Numbered from the stretch's first letter, positions 26,982-40,384 are shown. The stretch is DNA of 64,000 bases from Octopus vulgaris (GCA_951406725.2 OX597816.1:72168001-72232000), one strand, 5' to 3'. Made by a program: numbers and translations. The notes: generated from the sequence alone by a model not told the origin.

Positions 26982-27677
26982 TCACATACGTACATACATA
27001 ACTCATACACATACGTATGTATATATCATAATTTAGGCGATATATTATCGCATACATACATACATATACATACACACATATATATATATGTATGTATGTA
27101 CGCATATAATCACAAATTTCTATTACTAACCCAAGACACGTTGAAAGAATAATGACAGAATTTAGACGAAAATCATTCTCAACTTGTTTCAAAATATTTC
27201 TGAGGTAAAAAATAGTTTTCATCTCTCTCTCTCTCACACACACACATATATATATCTTAAGAATATATATATTATACATATATCATATACTTAGTGTATA
27301 CATACACACAGACACATATGTAGATGATAAATTATATACATATATGTTTATGCGTGCGAGTGTGAAGGTGTGTGGCCTAGTTGGTTAGGGAGTTGGGCTC
27401 ACGATCATAAGGTCTTCCCGTCGTTGTTTCCTTTTTCTTTCTTATCCCTCTCTCCTTCCTCTCTTTCGTGTATACTCTTGTCAGTTTTCACTGTATCTCA
27501 TTTACCACAGCTATACTCTTCATCCACCCTCTCCTCCTTGAAGCTACTTTTTATTTTCTATCTTCCCGCTCTACTATTACACTTAAACATGACAGAATAT
27601 CTATCTATCTATCTATCTATTTGCTTGCCTGCCTGCCCTGCCTGGACACCCAATTTTAAATATTTCAACTGACGATC

Positions 27678-28480
27678 AAAATTAATGATTCAGTGTTATA
27701 TGTTGAAAAAAATTCAAATCATCCGCAATGCATGCTTAGAAATTTATCAAATTGCCCCAACAAGCAAAATATCAACCATCTCGTATAATGAAATATCATT
27801 CAATACGGTAGCAGGAATGTATAGCGATGCACCGACATTCGGTGGTTTCAAAGAAAACATTAAATAAATATGAACGTAAACAACGTAATAGATGGGATTG
27901 AAGTAAAAAAAAAAAAAGAGCCACGTTGTATAATCTTCCCTTTTCTAGAAATGTAATAATACTGATGGGAAAACATTTTTCCTGTAAGCGTATAGACTTT
28001 TCCTCCTAGACACAAGTGCTGGGAAAATTTTTAATAAGCTACTCTACATTTACGAACTTCACCAATATTGTAAAATTCATGAATTATAATAAAAATATAA
28101 CCAAACATTTAAATTTATCAGAGCACGGCTAACAGAACATTAGAATGCAATTTTCTTCTCAAATTGTATGCGCAATCAATGGAAAGTATCTGGAAGAATC
28201 TGTCATATTTAAAGCCAGCATCAAATGAGCTTTTAACGGAAATGGCTTTGATTATATTTGTTTGATCGCAAACCAACTTAAAGACTGGCTTCGTCAGAAG
28301 AACATGCCAAGGAGGAACAGACAAATGGACACAAACCACGAAACACATATATGGTTCTATTTAAATATAATCTATCGCTTGTTAATAAGTTCTAACATTT
28401 AGATACATCTCTACGTAAAGGCAATAAAATGATTTTTCTTTAGTTTTTGCACCGTGGAAAAACCATTGATCTTGAAAAAG
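27678..28480 (+). mobile_element. Decayed Penelope-like element ORF (RT thumb, linker, GIY-YIG region)
   Basis: Frameshifted blocks KINDSVLYVEKNSNHPQCMLRNL / KISTISYNEISFNTVAGMY..GGFKENIK / KRATLYNLPFSRNV..MGKHF / FPPRHK / CAINGKYLEESVIFKASI..FDYICLIANQLKD / FCTVEKPLIL follow the PLE motif order SNHP..FNPPYS..GKCL..YIG..LCL.EK. Confidence 0.8.
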
Positions 28481-28643
28481 TATACAAAAATTTTAAATTA
28501 TATAATTTTTCATGCTTTTGAGGTCCTATAGACTTTATCCATCTTTTAGATTGGTAGCTTTTTGTCCTATTGCGCCGTTACAACCACTTGTGCTATGAGT
28601 ATTCCTTCAGACCCACACTATAAAACTACAGCATGGATTAGAT

Positions 28644-29539
28644 CAGGGGTCGCCAAAGGAGGTCCGAGGGACCCCATAGGGGTCGGGGAGGAATTGAAGA
28701 GGGTCGATGATAGCCAGGGAGTCGAATGGGGCTGGTGTATGAAAGACCAGCTCACCCAGATGAACTGCTTGCAATACTTAGTCAGCGCCATGCCCTTCCC
28801 CCCACATTGATGCTGTAAATTTCAGTAAAAGATATTCCATATTTCGTCTGTCTCTATGCTCTGAGTTAAAATTCCACCGAGTTTGATTTTGCCTTTCATC
28901 CTTTCGGGGTCGATAAATAGTACCAGTTGAGTACTGGGGTCGATCTAATCGACTTAATCCGTTTGTCTGTCCTTGTTTGTCCCCTCTGTGTTTAGCCCCT
29001 TGTGGGTAGTAAAGAAATCGATATTCCATATTTCGTCTGTCTTTACGTTCTGAGTTCAAATTCCGCCGAGATCGACTTTGCCTTTCATCCTTTCGGGGTC
29101 GATAAATTAAGTACCAGTTGAGTACTGGGGTCGATCTAATCGACTGGCCCCCTCCCCCAAAATTTCGGGCTTTGTACCTAAAGTAGAAAAGAATAAAAGA
29201 TATTCCTGCAATATGATGCGTTTTTCACATTTTCTAACCGTGAAAACAATTTCATAAAAATTGAAAGTTTAAGACTGTATACTCGTACTCGTAGTTTTAA
29301 GTGTAAAAAGTGTGCCATCTTCAATAGAATTTCTTAATTTGTCGTACATGTATATTTTAGCTGACATTTTAATGGCCAGCATCAGTACCCGGTACATATT
29401 TAAGATATGGTACGGGTGGGTAGAGTATTAAGATATCTTAAATGAGGAGGGTGGTCGATGTGGAAGATGGCTAAAGGGGATCGATGTGGAAGGAGAGTGG
29501 AAAAGGGGGTCGATGGTCGAAAAAGTTTGGCGACCCCTG
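28644..29539. mobile_element. hAT MITE with nested SINE A pieces (28825-29195)
   Basis: Perfect 14-bp TIR CAGGGGTCGCCAAA/TTTGGCGACCCCTG and perfect 8-bp TSD GATTAGAT. Confidence 0.92.
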
Positions 29540-30094
29540 GATTAGATTAAGGTATGAGCTTCACACTTTTCATGTTGTACCCTTACTATTTGCTTTCTGT
29601 CTCTCTAACAATGCTCACCCTTACGACATTTTATTTTAATCTTTTGCACTAAACATCTACAGGCAGCTCAGGCACTACTCACCAAATTTGTAATGTACTG
29701 CTTCTATTAGCTGAAATCAACATCAAACTACCAAACACACACACACACACACACACGTTCATAAATACTCATACACAAGTACACATTAAAGCATACATCA
29801 AAGATGTTCCAATAGTGATCTTACCTTTTTTTCAGGCATAATGCATAAAGGACTACATTAGCAATTACAAACGTTTCCTCTCTCTTTACGACAGTAGAGT
29901 ACGATTTGAATGAATTTCATATCTATTTCTAGCATGTTGAGTGACTATATTAGATATTTCTCACGCTGATTCACTGTAGCACTCTGGATTACATATGTGA
30001 TTTTCTTATTTGCAGCTTAACCTTTTCTGCAGGTTTGGCATGGAGAAGAATGGGGCCTAATAAAGTTGATAGTATCTAGATATATTAGGAGCAT

Positions 30095-30409
30095 AGGAGC
30101 ACTCCGTCGGTTACGACAACGAGGGTCCCAGCTGATAGGATCAACGGAACAGCTTGCTCGTGAAATTAACGTGCAAGTGACTGAGCAATCCACAGACACG
30201 TCTACCCCTAACGTAGTTCCCAGGGAGATTCAGCGTGACACAGAGTGTGACAAATCCGGCTCTTTGAAATACAAGTACAACTCATTTTTGGACTGGAGCA
30301 ACGTGAAATAAAGTCTCTTGCTCAAGGACACAACGCGTAGCTGGGATTTGAACTCACGACCTTACAATCGTGAGCCGAATGCCTTAACCACTAAGCCACG
30401 CGCCTTCAC
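30095..30409 (-). mobile_element. SINE family C-related copy
   Basis: Minus head GAAGGCGCGTGGCTTAGTGGTTAAGG..GAGTTCAAATCCC..TTGTGTCCTTGAGCAAGAGACTT. Confidence 0.8.
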
Positions 30410-30512
30410 ATTAGTATACAATGGTGAAGTCTCCAGTAGTGACTCAACAAAGACGTGAATTATAGAAAGAAAGAAAGAAAGAAAACATCAAATGTAAAAC
30501 AATTATAATGTA

Positions 30513-30760
30513 ACAGCTGCGATACTATGGATATGTTGTTAGAATTCGACAGGGAAAGACAGACATATTCCTCAAGCCGAGTCGACCTAGAGGTAGATCA
30601 CGTGCGAGTTGGTTGGATAATCTCCATGGGTTACACTTGGTAATCCTGTAAGATTGTTTAATGACAGTTGTTTCTTATAAGATCCTATGGAGGAAGTAGC
30701 TGAGAAGTTTACATTCACGACCCTCCTAGGAATTGAGAGTGGCGAAAATGGATGGATAGA
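30513..30760 (+). mobile_element. RTE LINE 3' remnant
   Basis: QLRYYGYVVR...KPSRPRGRSRASWLDNL, ending GAAAATGGATGGATAG. Confidence 0.7.
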
Positions 30761-30773
30761 AGAGTGATTTAGG

Positions 30774-30938
30774 CCATTTAAAGCACAACAGTATTGAATT
30801 CATTTATCATTTATTTCTTGGGGGGTGCCAAAATTTTTGTCACTCCAATGCAACCCGGTCACTGAATGTGCAACAAAAATTTTGTCGTCTCAAAAATGAA
30901 CTGAAAAATGAATTCAACGGTTTTGTGTTTAAAGATGG
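30774..30938. repeat. Imperfect ~165-bp palindrome (old hairpin MITE-like)
   Basis: TTTAAAGCACAA..TTGAATTCATTT..CAAAATTTTTGT is inverse to ACAAAAATTTTG..AAATGAATTCAA..TTGTGTTTAAA. Confidence 0.65.
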
Positions 30939-31344
30939 TTAAATTGGCCCTTTCTTAATATAACTGCTTCAGTTTCAACACAACCTATATTCTAAAGCCA
31001 AAACGTGCACATGTGGCGCATTGATTCCTTGATTACAACTTCGGTAAGGTATGCAGGATACTATGTTTAGCTGATGAGTGTCATAAGGTCTACACCTGCC
31101 CGGAGTTGTCTCCCATATTCTCCACCCTACCCAACTACCTTTCCTCGTAGCATAATTATTTTTAGTTAGCTTTTTAATGATACCTGCTATAAATAAATAT
31201 ATTAACATTGAGTAAACTATGAAAATATAGGGATCTCTGTAAGTTAATGCAGACCATACAATCTGCACACTTGTAAGCCCGGGGAAGATATTTTAAAAAG
31301 AAGACTAGCAGTTGCCCATACATGTAAGTGTCCTCTCTTCACGC

Positions 31345-31491
31345 TAGGGCTATCTTAAGTCATGGCACACTGGGCAGTTACCCAGGGTCTTCACGGGTTT
31401 AGAGGCCCGATTCTAATCTGTGTTTGTTGTGGTTTGTAGGGCCCAGTGCATTGATTTGTCGGGGACATATAAAGCTATTAAGACGGTCCTG
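31345..31491. mobile_element. Old hAT-like MITE
   Basis: TIR TAGGGCTATCTTAA / TTAAGACGGTCCTG with degenerate 8-bp TSD CTTCACGC / CTCCATGC. Confidence 0.65.
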
Positions 31492-32124
31492 CTCCATGCT
31501 ACCGATGTTGAACTAGGAAAAGCTGCCGTTCTAGGGCGAATACGGCTTGGCCCCAGTATTGTAGCAAGCGTTGCAGATAGAGAGTAAACAGACGGCACAA
31601 ATACTGCCAGTTACCTTGATCGGCTCTTTAGCAGTTTCGCCATCCAACAGCTTCAAATCAATTTTTATTTTGCTATGGAACCCCCTTAAAAATGAAATGT
31701 AAAGCTGACCTCAGAAGGATTTGAATTAAGAGCGCAGACTGTCGGAACAAATACCGCGAGACATTCTACCTAACATTAACGACTAAGCCAATTCCCCAAA
31801 TATTTCATCCCTTTTAAGCGATTCTAAAGCGACAAAGTTTAGGACAGCAGGACTTCCAATTGTCGACTGAAACTTTGTAAGTGAAAATCTAAATAAAATT
31901 TGCTTTGAAGCCCATTCACCTGAACGAAATTAACTTTGACTGTCAGAATTAATTTACTGTCTGATTTAACATCAAAAACGAGCCCTGTTTTCCTGTATCC
32001 AACATGAACGACAAAACCAATCCACTGCATATAATTTCGTAAATAGTTTAGGTTTTTAAGTTGAAGATTATCTCCCTTGGCTACTGCTCTTATGTTTCAA
32101 GTTGCGTTTACTGAAATTCCAGTA

Positions 32125-32327
32125 CAGTAATTCATCGACTATCGCGGGTGTTACGTTCTAAAACCTCTCACAGAAATAATTAAAATCTAAAAAAAATATA
32201 AATGCCTATCGGCTGCTGAAATATGCGATGAGGAGTCCGCGATATAAATTTACATATATTAGCCAGAAAAATCCGCTATCGTATTGATTGCGCGATAGGT
32301 GAACCACGATATGATGAGGGATTACTG
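32125..32327. mobile_element. pogo/Tigger-like MITE
   Basis: TA|CAGTAATTCATCG..ATCGCGG and CCACGATATGATGAGGGATTACTG|TA. Confidence 0.75.
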
Positions 32328-32899
32328 TAAATATTTCTTTGCTTTTAGAAATGTTTCACTATACACTATGTACAAACTTAATCGTCAGCCCTTCATCGTC
32401 TACTTTCCAGAACCCTTTTCGACCTTAATCTTATTCTAGCTTATACTTCTTTCTCTTTCTTTCACTATTTCATTTTCGTTCTTTTTTTTTTTTTTTTTTG
32501 CCACCTGGCTTGCCTTCCTTCCATTTCTCCTTTTGATTTTCCTTCTATTTTTTTATTGGTTTCTTTTATATTTCTTCCATTCTTTCTCTTCTTTCATACG
32601 TTCTTTCGATCTTTCCTCCCTGTACTAATACCCCGTTCAGTGGACAATGTTAACTAATAGCTTACTAAAGTGTGTGTTTAAGTGTTTACCCGGCCCAGAA
32701 AGAAAAAAAAGGCATAAGATTGCACAGGAGCAAACGAGTTAAATAAACACGACAAATCTGAAGACCAAAGCCTCGATACTACTGCTATATGGCTCGTATG
32801 TGTGTCTGTCGTCTCTACTGTCCAGGTAGTTTAATAAAGATTTTAATATTCGTGTGTATGTATTGTATGCATGCATGTATGTATGTATACACACATTGC

Positions 32900-33027
32900 T
32901 TTCCTCATTTCTTTTTGTAGAAGAGCGTAGGCTCGAAACGTTAAAGACTATTCCATTTTTCCTGTGTGTTAAATTTATTAACGTTGTTGCTCACCTGTCT
33001 GTCTTCTGTGTTTTTGTATAATTTTGA

Positions 33028-33030
<3 letters not shown>
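32900..33030 (+). mobile_element. Family b element, degenerate hammerhead-like motif at 32911-32946
   Basis: CUUU-UUGUAGA-A-GAGC-GUAG-GCUC-GAAAC-GUU^AAAG, followed by (TA)n. Confidence 0.65.
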
Positions 33031-33082
<52 letters not shown>

Positions 33083-33112
33083 CAAAATAAGCAACAAGGA
33101 TATCCAAGGTAG

Positions 33113-33199
33113 TGTAGTACAATCGTTTCATGCTACTTCATTTTATTAAACAAGTAAGTATTACATCAGTTTTAAAATGTAGAGCAATCTTCAGCCACA
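33113..33199 (-). ncRNA. Type-I hammerhead motif with long stem II (family d)
   Basis: UGUGG-CUGAAGA-[UUGCUCUACAUUUUA...UAAAAUGAAGUAGCAU]-GAAAC-GAUU-GUA^CUACA. Element ends in (TA)n. Confidence 0.7.
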
Positions 33200-33977
33200 T
33201 ATAGAATTTTTTAATGAAATAGACAATGCACATTTTTATACTTATTTCATTTGCCAACATTTCAAAGAGGGTAGATATATAGACAGAGAGGTTAATTTCA
33301 TCATTAAGAACATGGTAGTAGAAGGTTCTTCTCCATCTGCAGAATTTTTATCACTGAGTTCACTTTGCTATTTAGATTTATCAATGGGTAGGTTTTTTTT
33401 TATTTGGTTCAATGGAGACAAACAAGAATTTCTTCTATTTATAGATAGAGGAAAGGGTAGTACAAATATAGTACAAATATAGTACAAAAATAGCCATAAA
33501 TCCAGCCCCATTATGAGGAATTTAACTCAGGCATATTTTAAAATACATTAAAATAGTACTTATTTTATCGGTCTTTTGCCGAACTGCTAAGTTACGGGGA
33601 TGTAAACACATCAGCATCGGTTGTCAAGCGATTTTTTGGGGAAAAACACAGATCCAAAAACATATACACACATATACATACATATATATATACATATATA
33701 GCGACGGGATTCTTCCAGTTTCCGTCTACCAAATCCACTCACAACTTCAGTTGCAACCCAACATCACCAAATTTGGTGACCCTACTACCTTGTTATTTCT
33801 CAATCTAATTCATTTCACTTCATTTACCCCTTGTATCCCGTTGAGGTCATTATTGACTTTTATTCTTCTGGTCAAGCATTGAGGTCAAATTTAATAATCT
33901 AACTACTCGCTACGAATTTAAGGAGTTCTGCCTATTACTGAACTGGCAGAATCATTTGAGCGTCGGACAAAATGTCA

Positions 33978-34199
33978 TACTCTTTTACTCTTTTAATTGT
34001 CTCAGTCGTTTGACTGTGGCCATGCTGGAGCACCGCCTTTAGTCGAGCAAATCGACCCCAGGACTTATTCATTGTAAGCCTAGTACTTATTCTATCGGTC
34101 TCTTTTGCCGAACCGCTAAGTTACGGGGACGTAAACACACCAGCATCGGTTGTCAAGCGATGTTGGGGGGGGGGGGAACAAACACTGACACAAACGTAT

Positions 34200-34232
<33 letters not shown>

Positions 34233-34395
34233 CATATATACGACGGTCTTCTTTCAGTTTCCGTCTACCGAATCCACTCACAAGGCTTTGGTCGGCCCGA
34301 GGCTATAGTAGTAGACACTTGGCCAAGGTGCCACGCAGTGGGACTGAACCCGGAACCATGTGGTTGGTAAGCAAGCTACTTACCACACAGCAACT
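33978..34395 (-). mobile_element. SINE family B
   Basis: Full-length match to the family B reference copy. Confidence 0.9.
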
Positions 34396-34509
34396 CGTAC
34401 GCCACTCCATGCAGTATTTATTCCGGCTATTTACATGAGAAGTTCAAACCCCTCTCCTCAAGAATTGCTCTACTTCTGCCAAAATCAGGAACAATGATAG
34501 GCATAATCG

Positions 34510-35110
34510 TTAACAAGCCAGACAAAATGCCTTCCGGCATTTCTTACGGCGTTATGTTCTGAGTTCAAATTCCACCGAGACCGACATTGCCTTTCATCCT
34601 TTCAGAGACGATAGAAACAGCCAAATACAGGAGTTGATTTAATCGACTGGTTCTCGCCCTCAAAAAAAAAAAAAAAAAAAATACCAGGCCTTGCGCCTAT
34701 TGTAGAAAGAATTATTATTATTATTAAGGTGGCGAGCAGGCAGAATTGTTACCACGCCGCACAAAATGCGTTCTGAGTTCAAATTCCGCCAATTCGACTT
34801 TGCGTTTCATCCTTTCAGGGTCGATAAAATAAGTGCCGGTTGAGTACTGGAGCTGATTTTATCGACTTCCCTACTCTCCAAACACTTCTGGCCCTGAGCC
34901 AAAATTTGAAACCATTTAAGGCGGCGAGTTAGCAGAATCGTTAGCCTGCAACATTTCGTTCTGAATTCAAATTCCGCCGAGGTCGACTTTGCCTTTCATC
35001 CTTTCGGGGTCGATAAATTAAGTGCCAGTCAAATAATGAAGTCGATGTAATCGGCTAGTCCCCTCACCTAAACCTTCAGGCCTTGTGCCTGCCGTAGAAA
35101 GGATTATTTC

Positions 35111-35188
<78 letters not shown>

Positions 35189-35380
35189 GCTGGCAGAATT
35201 GTTAGCACGCCGGGCAAAATACTTTCGCCCGTTTCTACGTTCTGAGTTCAAATTCCGCCGAAGTCGAATTTGCCTTTCATCCTTTCGGGGTCAATAAATT
35301 AAGTACCAGTGAAAGACTGGGGTCGATGTAATCGATTCATCTCCTCTTCAAAATGGCAGCCCTTGTGGCAAAATTTGAAA
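34510..35380 (+). mobile_element. Cluster of four SINE family A copies
   Basis: GTTCTGA(G/A)TTCAAATTCC..TTTCATCCTTTC at ~34556, 34770, 34958, 35239. Confidence 0.85.
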
Positions 35381-35411
<31 letters not shown>

Positions 35412-36356
35412 CACTATTATTTACTCATGCTTTATCGCTTCTATATTCTTCTATTTACTCATGAAATCCTGGTTAATAATCGACACACTTGTTACTATGA
35501 AAGGGTCATTATCAGAGATTTACAAGATAAAGCTCTCCATCGTGGATATTTCATCGATTCCACCACACACACACACACAAGCAAACACTCACACGAGCTT
35601 AGCCTTCCATTTTCTTTTTTCAACCCCGCTTCTCTCTCCACTACAATTTTCTTATACTCGGCTTCTTTCTTCTGCACGCTCTCGATCCGATATTCCTTAT
35701 TTGAGAAATGGAAAAGCCTTTTACCGCTAGTACTCGTTCATGTTTGCTCTTTATTTGATTTGATTACATTTATATTTCTCACCCATATCTCCCCTCGTTC
35801 ATTTATCTACACAGTCGTCTGCTCTGCCGTCTGCCATTATTACCGCCATCACTATTTTCATGATCAATCTCGTTTGCTCTTGCGAAGTTAGTCGCCGGCA
35901 TCGCCTTCAGAGTCATCACTGTAATACCGCCGCCGCCGTTGTTACTGCTGTGGTCACGATGTGAAGACTACCAGCTGATGACAAAGCTCTTCACACCCCG
36001 CTTCCCGTGCCCCACTCTCCTCCTCCGTCAACACATATCATCATCAGCATCATTGCTATCATACTAGTGTATGCAGACACGATTACAATATCGCTTCTTG
36101 GTTGGGCCAACAATAAATAGGAACACCAGAATCAATTCTACAGCATTAGATTACTGAACAAAAAAGAAAAAAAAACCCCAACTTACATACAAACATATAC
36201 ATATATACTCAAGCACACATACACACACACATATGTATACGTATGTATACACACACACACATGTATATACACACACACACATGTATACGTATGTATACAC
36301 ACACACACACATATGTATACGTATGTATACACACACACATATGTATACGTATGTAT

Positions 36357-36417
<61 letters not shown>

Positions 36418-36504
36418 TACATACACAAACACATATATATATATATACTAGCTGAGGTTGACCCGCTCTACGCGCGGGTAAGAGTGTGGTTGTTACTTTC
36501 TGTT

Positions 36505-36828
36505 GCTTCCTTTCAGCACGTAAAAAGCACCATACGAACGTGGCCGATTGCAGCGCCGCCTTGACTGGCTTCTGTGCTGGTGGCACGTAAAAAGCACCAA
36601 CCGATCGTGGCCGCTGCCAGCCCCCTGGCACCTGTGCGGGCGGCACGAAAAAAGCACCCACTACGCTCACAGAGTGGTTGGCGTTAGGAAGGGCATCCAC
36701 CTGTCGAAACACTGCCAGATCAGACTGGAGCCTGGTGCAGCCTCCTGGCTTCCCAGACCCCTGTCAAACTGTCGAACCCGTGCTAGCACGGAAAACGGGC
36801 GTTAAACGATGATGATGATGATGATGAT
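36505..36828 (+). mobile_element. Retroposon 3' fragment with (GAT)n tail
   Basis: Three GCACG(T/A)AAAAAGCACC subrepeats, GGCGTTAGGAAGGGCATCCA, ends GTTAAAC(GAT)7. Confidence 0.7.
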
Positions 36829-37517
36829 TCTCCCTCTTTGTTTCTTTCTCCTTTCTCTCTCACTTTCCCCACTCTCTTACTCTTCCTTTCTCTCGGACTC
36901 TCCCTCGCTTTCTCTTACTCTCTATATTTATGTATCTCTCTCCCATTTATAAACAACAAAAGATCTTAAGTAAGTTGAGAAATAAAATATTTAGAAAGAT
37001 CAATCATAAATATCAGGCAGTTACAAAGGAAAGGTCTGCTTCAAGACAGACAGCAAAACACTAACATTAAAAAGGGACAGACGAACTTGCGAGCTGAATA
37101 AAAATAATAAAATATTGGAAACCAAAGTGTGAAGGGATAGAATTTGAGGATAGTAGAGTCACCATGGCTGGGATTTCTTAACGACGGACAACAACGTATT
37201 GACAGTTCAACGGCTGGGGTAAAATTTTGAACTTGATGTAAAAGAAAATCCCTAAAAACCAAGTTTTGACTTGATTCTTTCTCACGACAGTAGACTCACG
37301 ATGGCAAGCATTCAAAACTTCTTCATCGTGGACGGCAACACATTGACGATTAAAAAGCTGGCGCAAATTTTTTAGCTTGATGTAACAGAGAATTGCTAAA
37401 CACGCGCTCCTTTAAATTTTAATCCCCTTCCAGCCCCATTTATACCCCTTCTCACCTTTTGGTTAATATAACCCGATTTTATTTGGATCTACTGGGGCCA
37501 CATTTTATAAGATGAGG

Positions 37518-37714
37518 ACTCAACCAAGTTTCCCAAGTTCTGGTCATAGACCATAGAACACTCAACCAAGTTTCCCGATTTCTGGTCATAGACCATAGAA
37601 CAGTCAAGCAAGTTTCCCGAGTTCTGGTCATAGACCATAGAACACTCAACCAAGTTTCCCGAGTTCTGGTCATAGACCATAGAACACTAAACCAAGTTTC
37701 CCGAGTTCTGGTCA
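37518..37714. repeat. 42-bp minisatellite, ~4.7 copies
   Basis: Unit ACTCAACCAAGTTTCCCGAGTTCTGGTCATAGACCATAGAAC. Confidence 0.92.
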
Positions 37715-37961
37715 TTTGCAGAATAAATAGAGACGGCGGAGGTGGCAGACGTCGTTGCAATGTAAACATGATTTGTTATAAGAGAAAGATTGTCCAGATT
37801 GTGTGTTGGTGGTGTTGGTGGTGGCGATGATAATTATCATTAGGAAAAAGAGTGAGTGAGTGAAGAAGACATACATAAGTTGTGGCGATGATAATTGTAG
37901 ACCCCTTTTCACATTTTGATGAAGAGAACCCGATTTCATTCGGGTGTACTGGGGCCACATA

Positions 37962-37996
<35 letters not shown>

Positions 37997-38097
37997 ACGC
38001 TGTAGAAATTAAATTAGAGATAAAACTACTAATAGGGAAATGAAACAGTAAAAAACCAAAAACAAAAACATAAAAATAAAAATATATTAGATATATG

Positions 38098-38136
<39 letters not shown>

Positions 38137-38581
38137 TGACAGGTAGACAATAGAATGCGATGGCGATGGGGCTGGCGATGTAATATTTGTTACTGTCCAT
38201 GAACGCTGATAGATACATGAGTAAAATGTATAGGAAGGTAAGAAATAAGAGTGAGTGAAAATGTTCTTGGAAGAGAGTAAAGAGCGACAGAGTGATTTGA
38301 GGAAGACTTTACATTAAATAACGGTAGTTGCATTGTCAAATGAAGAGGAGTGACAGAGTACTGGAGGAAATAGGGCGAGGTAGGAATATGGCCCCTAGCA
38401 ACCACACCTTTTAAGCTAGGGATTTCTAAGGTAGCCCACGCGCATCGTCACCTCATTCTACATGTGCCTGTAAATTTTGGAGCGAATCGGACGGGATGTA
38501 GTGGCATTGAAAGCGAACCAAGCGGTAAAAACGCATTTCAGTTTTATATATAGAGATATATACACACACATACATACACAA

Positions 38582-38628
<47 letters not shown>

Positions 38629-39072
38629 TACATACACAAACACATATATATTTCTCTTTTACTTGTTTCAGTCATTTGACTGCAGCCATGCTGGAGCACC
38701 GCCTTTAGTCGAGCAAATCAACCCCAGGACTTATTCTTTGTAAGCCTAGTACTTACTCTGTCGGTCTCTTTTGCCGAACCGCTAAGTTACGGGGAAGTAA
38801 ACATACCAGCATCGGTTGTCAAGCGATGTTGGGGGAGAAACATACACACACACACACACACACACATATATATGTATGTATGTATATATATATATATATA
38901 TATATATTACACCCGATGAGATACGTCTGCACCACCAGATACTTCTGAACCAGTTGTTGAGTGTCCCACCCAAGAGGAGTCGATGCTACATGTGTCGAAA
39001 CAATTGTGATTAATAATATATTCTCGTATATGCCATCTTCTGTCTTTCATTTGTTTTATATATATATATATA

Positions 39073-39457
39073 CTAGCAGTATCGCCCGGCGTTGCTCGGG
39101 TTTGTAAGGGAAATAACTATAAAGCATTTTTAGAGAGTTATAGCCAAAAAATAGCAAAAAAATGGAAAAAAAATTATGGTAAATTTTTTTTTTGAGAGTT
39201 AAAACGGTCGAGTTGCGTCCCCTAGACAGTCTGTGGTTTGTGTTTCTGATTCTCGACCCCATGTCGAATTTATCGATTTTTTTAGAACTGGGGCAACTTT
39301 TCAAAATTTTCTCTGCGTTAGTTTTGAATTATGACTTTGGGCTATGTGTGTGTCAAGTTTCATCAGAATCGGTTGAAAGCCGTGGTCAGGGTGAGGGTAC
39401 AACCTAACATACACACAGAAACACACACAGACAAACTGCCGTTTATATATAGAGAGA
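39073..39457 (-). mobile_element. Non-autonomous Helitron (chimeric ends)
   Basis: 3' end matches the 13400 family (hairpin plus CTAG). 5' end TCTCTCTATATATAAACGGCA matches 60012. Confidence 0.85.
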
Positions 39458-40340
39458 TGTATATATGATGTATGTATGTATGTATGTGTGTATGTGTGTG
39501 TTTATTTGTCCCGTTACCCACCGCTTAACAACCGGTGCTAGTGTGTTTACGTCCTTGGAACTTAACGGTATGGCAAAACAGACCAATAGAATATGTATGA
39601 GGCTTAAAAAAATGTAAACTGGGGTCGATTCCTTCCCCAAAACTCTTCGAGGCGGTGCCCCAGCTTGGCCACAGTCATATGACCGAAACAAGATAGAAGA
39701 AAATAAAAGACATCATCATATAAATAATTATTACCGAAGAATAAAAGAATTTTGGAAATAGTTGGCCTGGCCGTTAGATTATACTATATTTTTGATAAGA
39801 TATAAAACCGCTTCGAGTCGAACAATTTAGCTGTTTATCATGAATGCTTCATTAAAACGTTTTACTTAAAAAGAAAAAAAAGGTATTAATTAAACGATTT
39901 TGAACCATATATTATCGAGGAACAAAGGTTTTCCGATTGCAGAAAGAAAGATAGGAAGGAAGGAAGAAAGGAGGAAAGAAAAAAAGAAGGGTAAAAAATG
40001 ACGTTGGTCATTGAAACTTGTTTTTCTTATTTCATACTCGATCCTTTTTATTTTGTTATTTTTACCTTGGCAGAATCGTTAGCACGCTGGACGAAATGCT
40101 TAGCGGCATTTCGCCCGTCGCTACGCTCTGAGTTCAAATGCTGCCGAGGTCGACTTTGCCTTTCACCCTTTCGGGGTCGATAAATCAGTTACCAGTGAAG
40201 CACTGGGGTCGATGTAATCGACTAGCCCTCACCCAACAAATTTGAAGCCTTGTGCCTATAAGAGAAAGGTTTCTTTATTTTACGAACCACATACATCTGG
40301 TATCAAGACAACATGCATATTTTCACACACACGCACGAGG

Positions 40341-40384
<44 letters not shown>

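Larger units (their letters stand above)
36448..38556 (-). mobile_element. Probable composite non-autonomous Helitron
   Basis: CTAG plus hairpin ACCCGC..GCGGGT at 36448-36479. Minus-strand A|TCTCTATATATAAAA start at 38556. That both ends belong to one element is inferred. Confidence 0.5.

Noticed and set aside
31063-31110. CUGAUGA followed by a GUGU/ACAC stem
   Set aside because: No GAAA after stem II, so not a hammerhead.
31839-32030. Non-repetitive short ORFs as possible host exons (also 11829-12059, 17714-17905, 54948-55187)
   Set aside because: No recognisable domain or convincing splice-site pair. Small exons cannot be excluded without RNA-seq.
38908-39013. KRSRCYMCRNNCD resembling a piggyBac Cys-rich tail
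   Set aside because: Too short, with no TIR, TTAA or adjoining transposase sequence.
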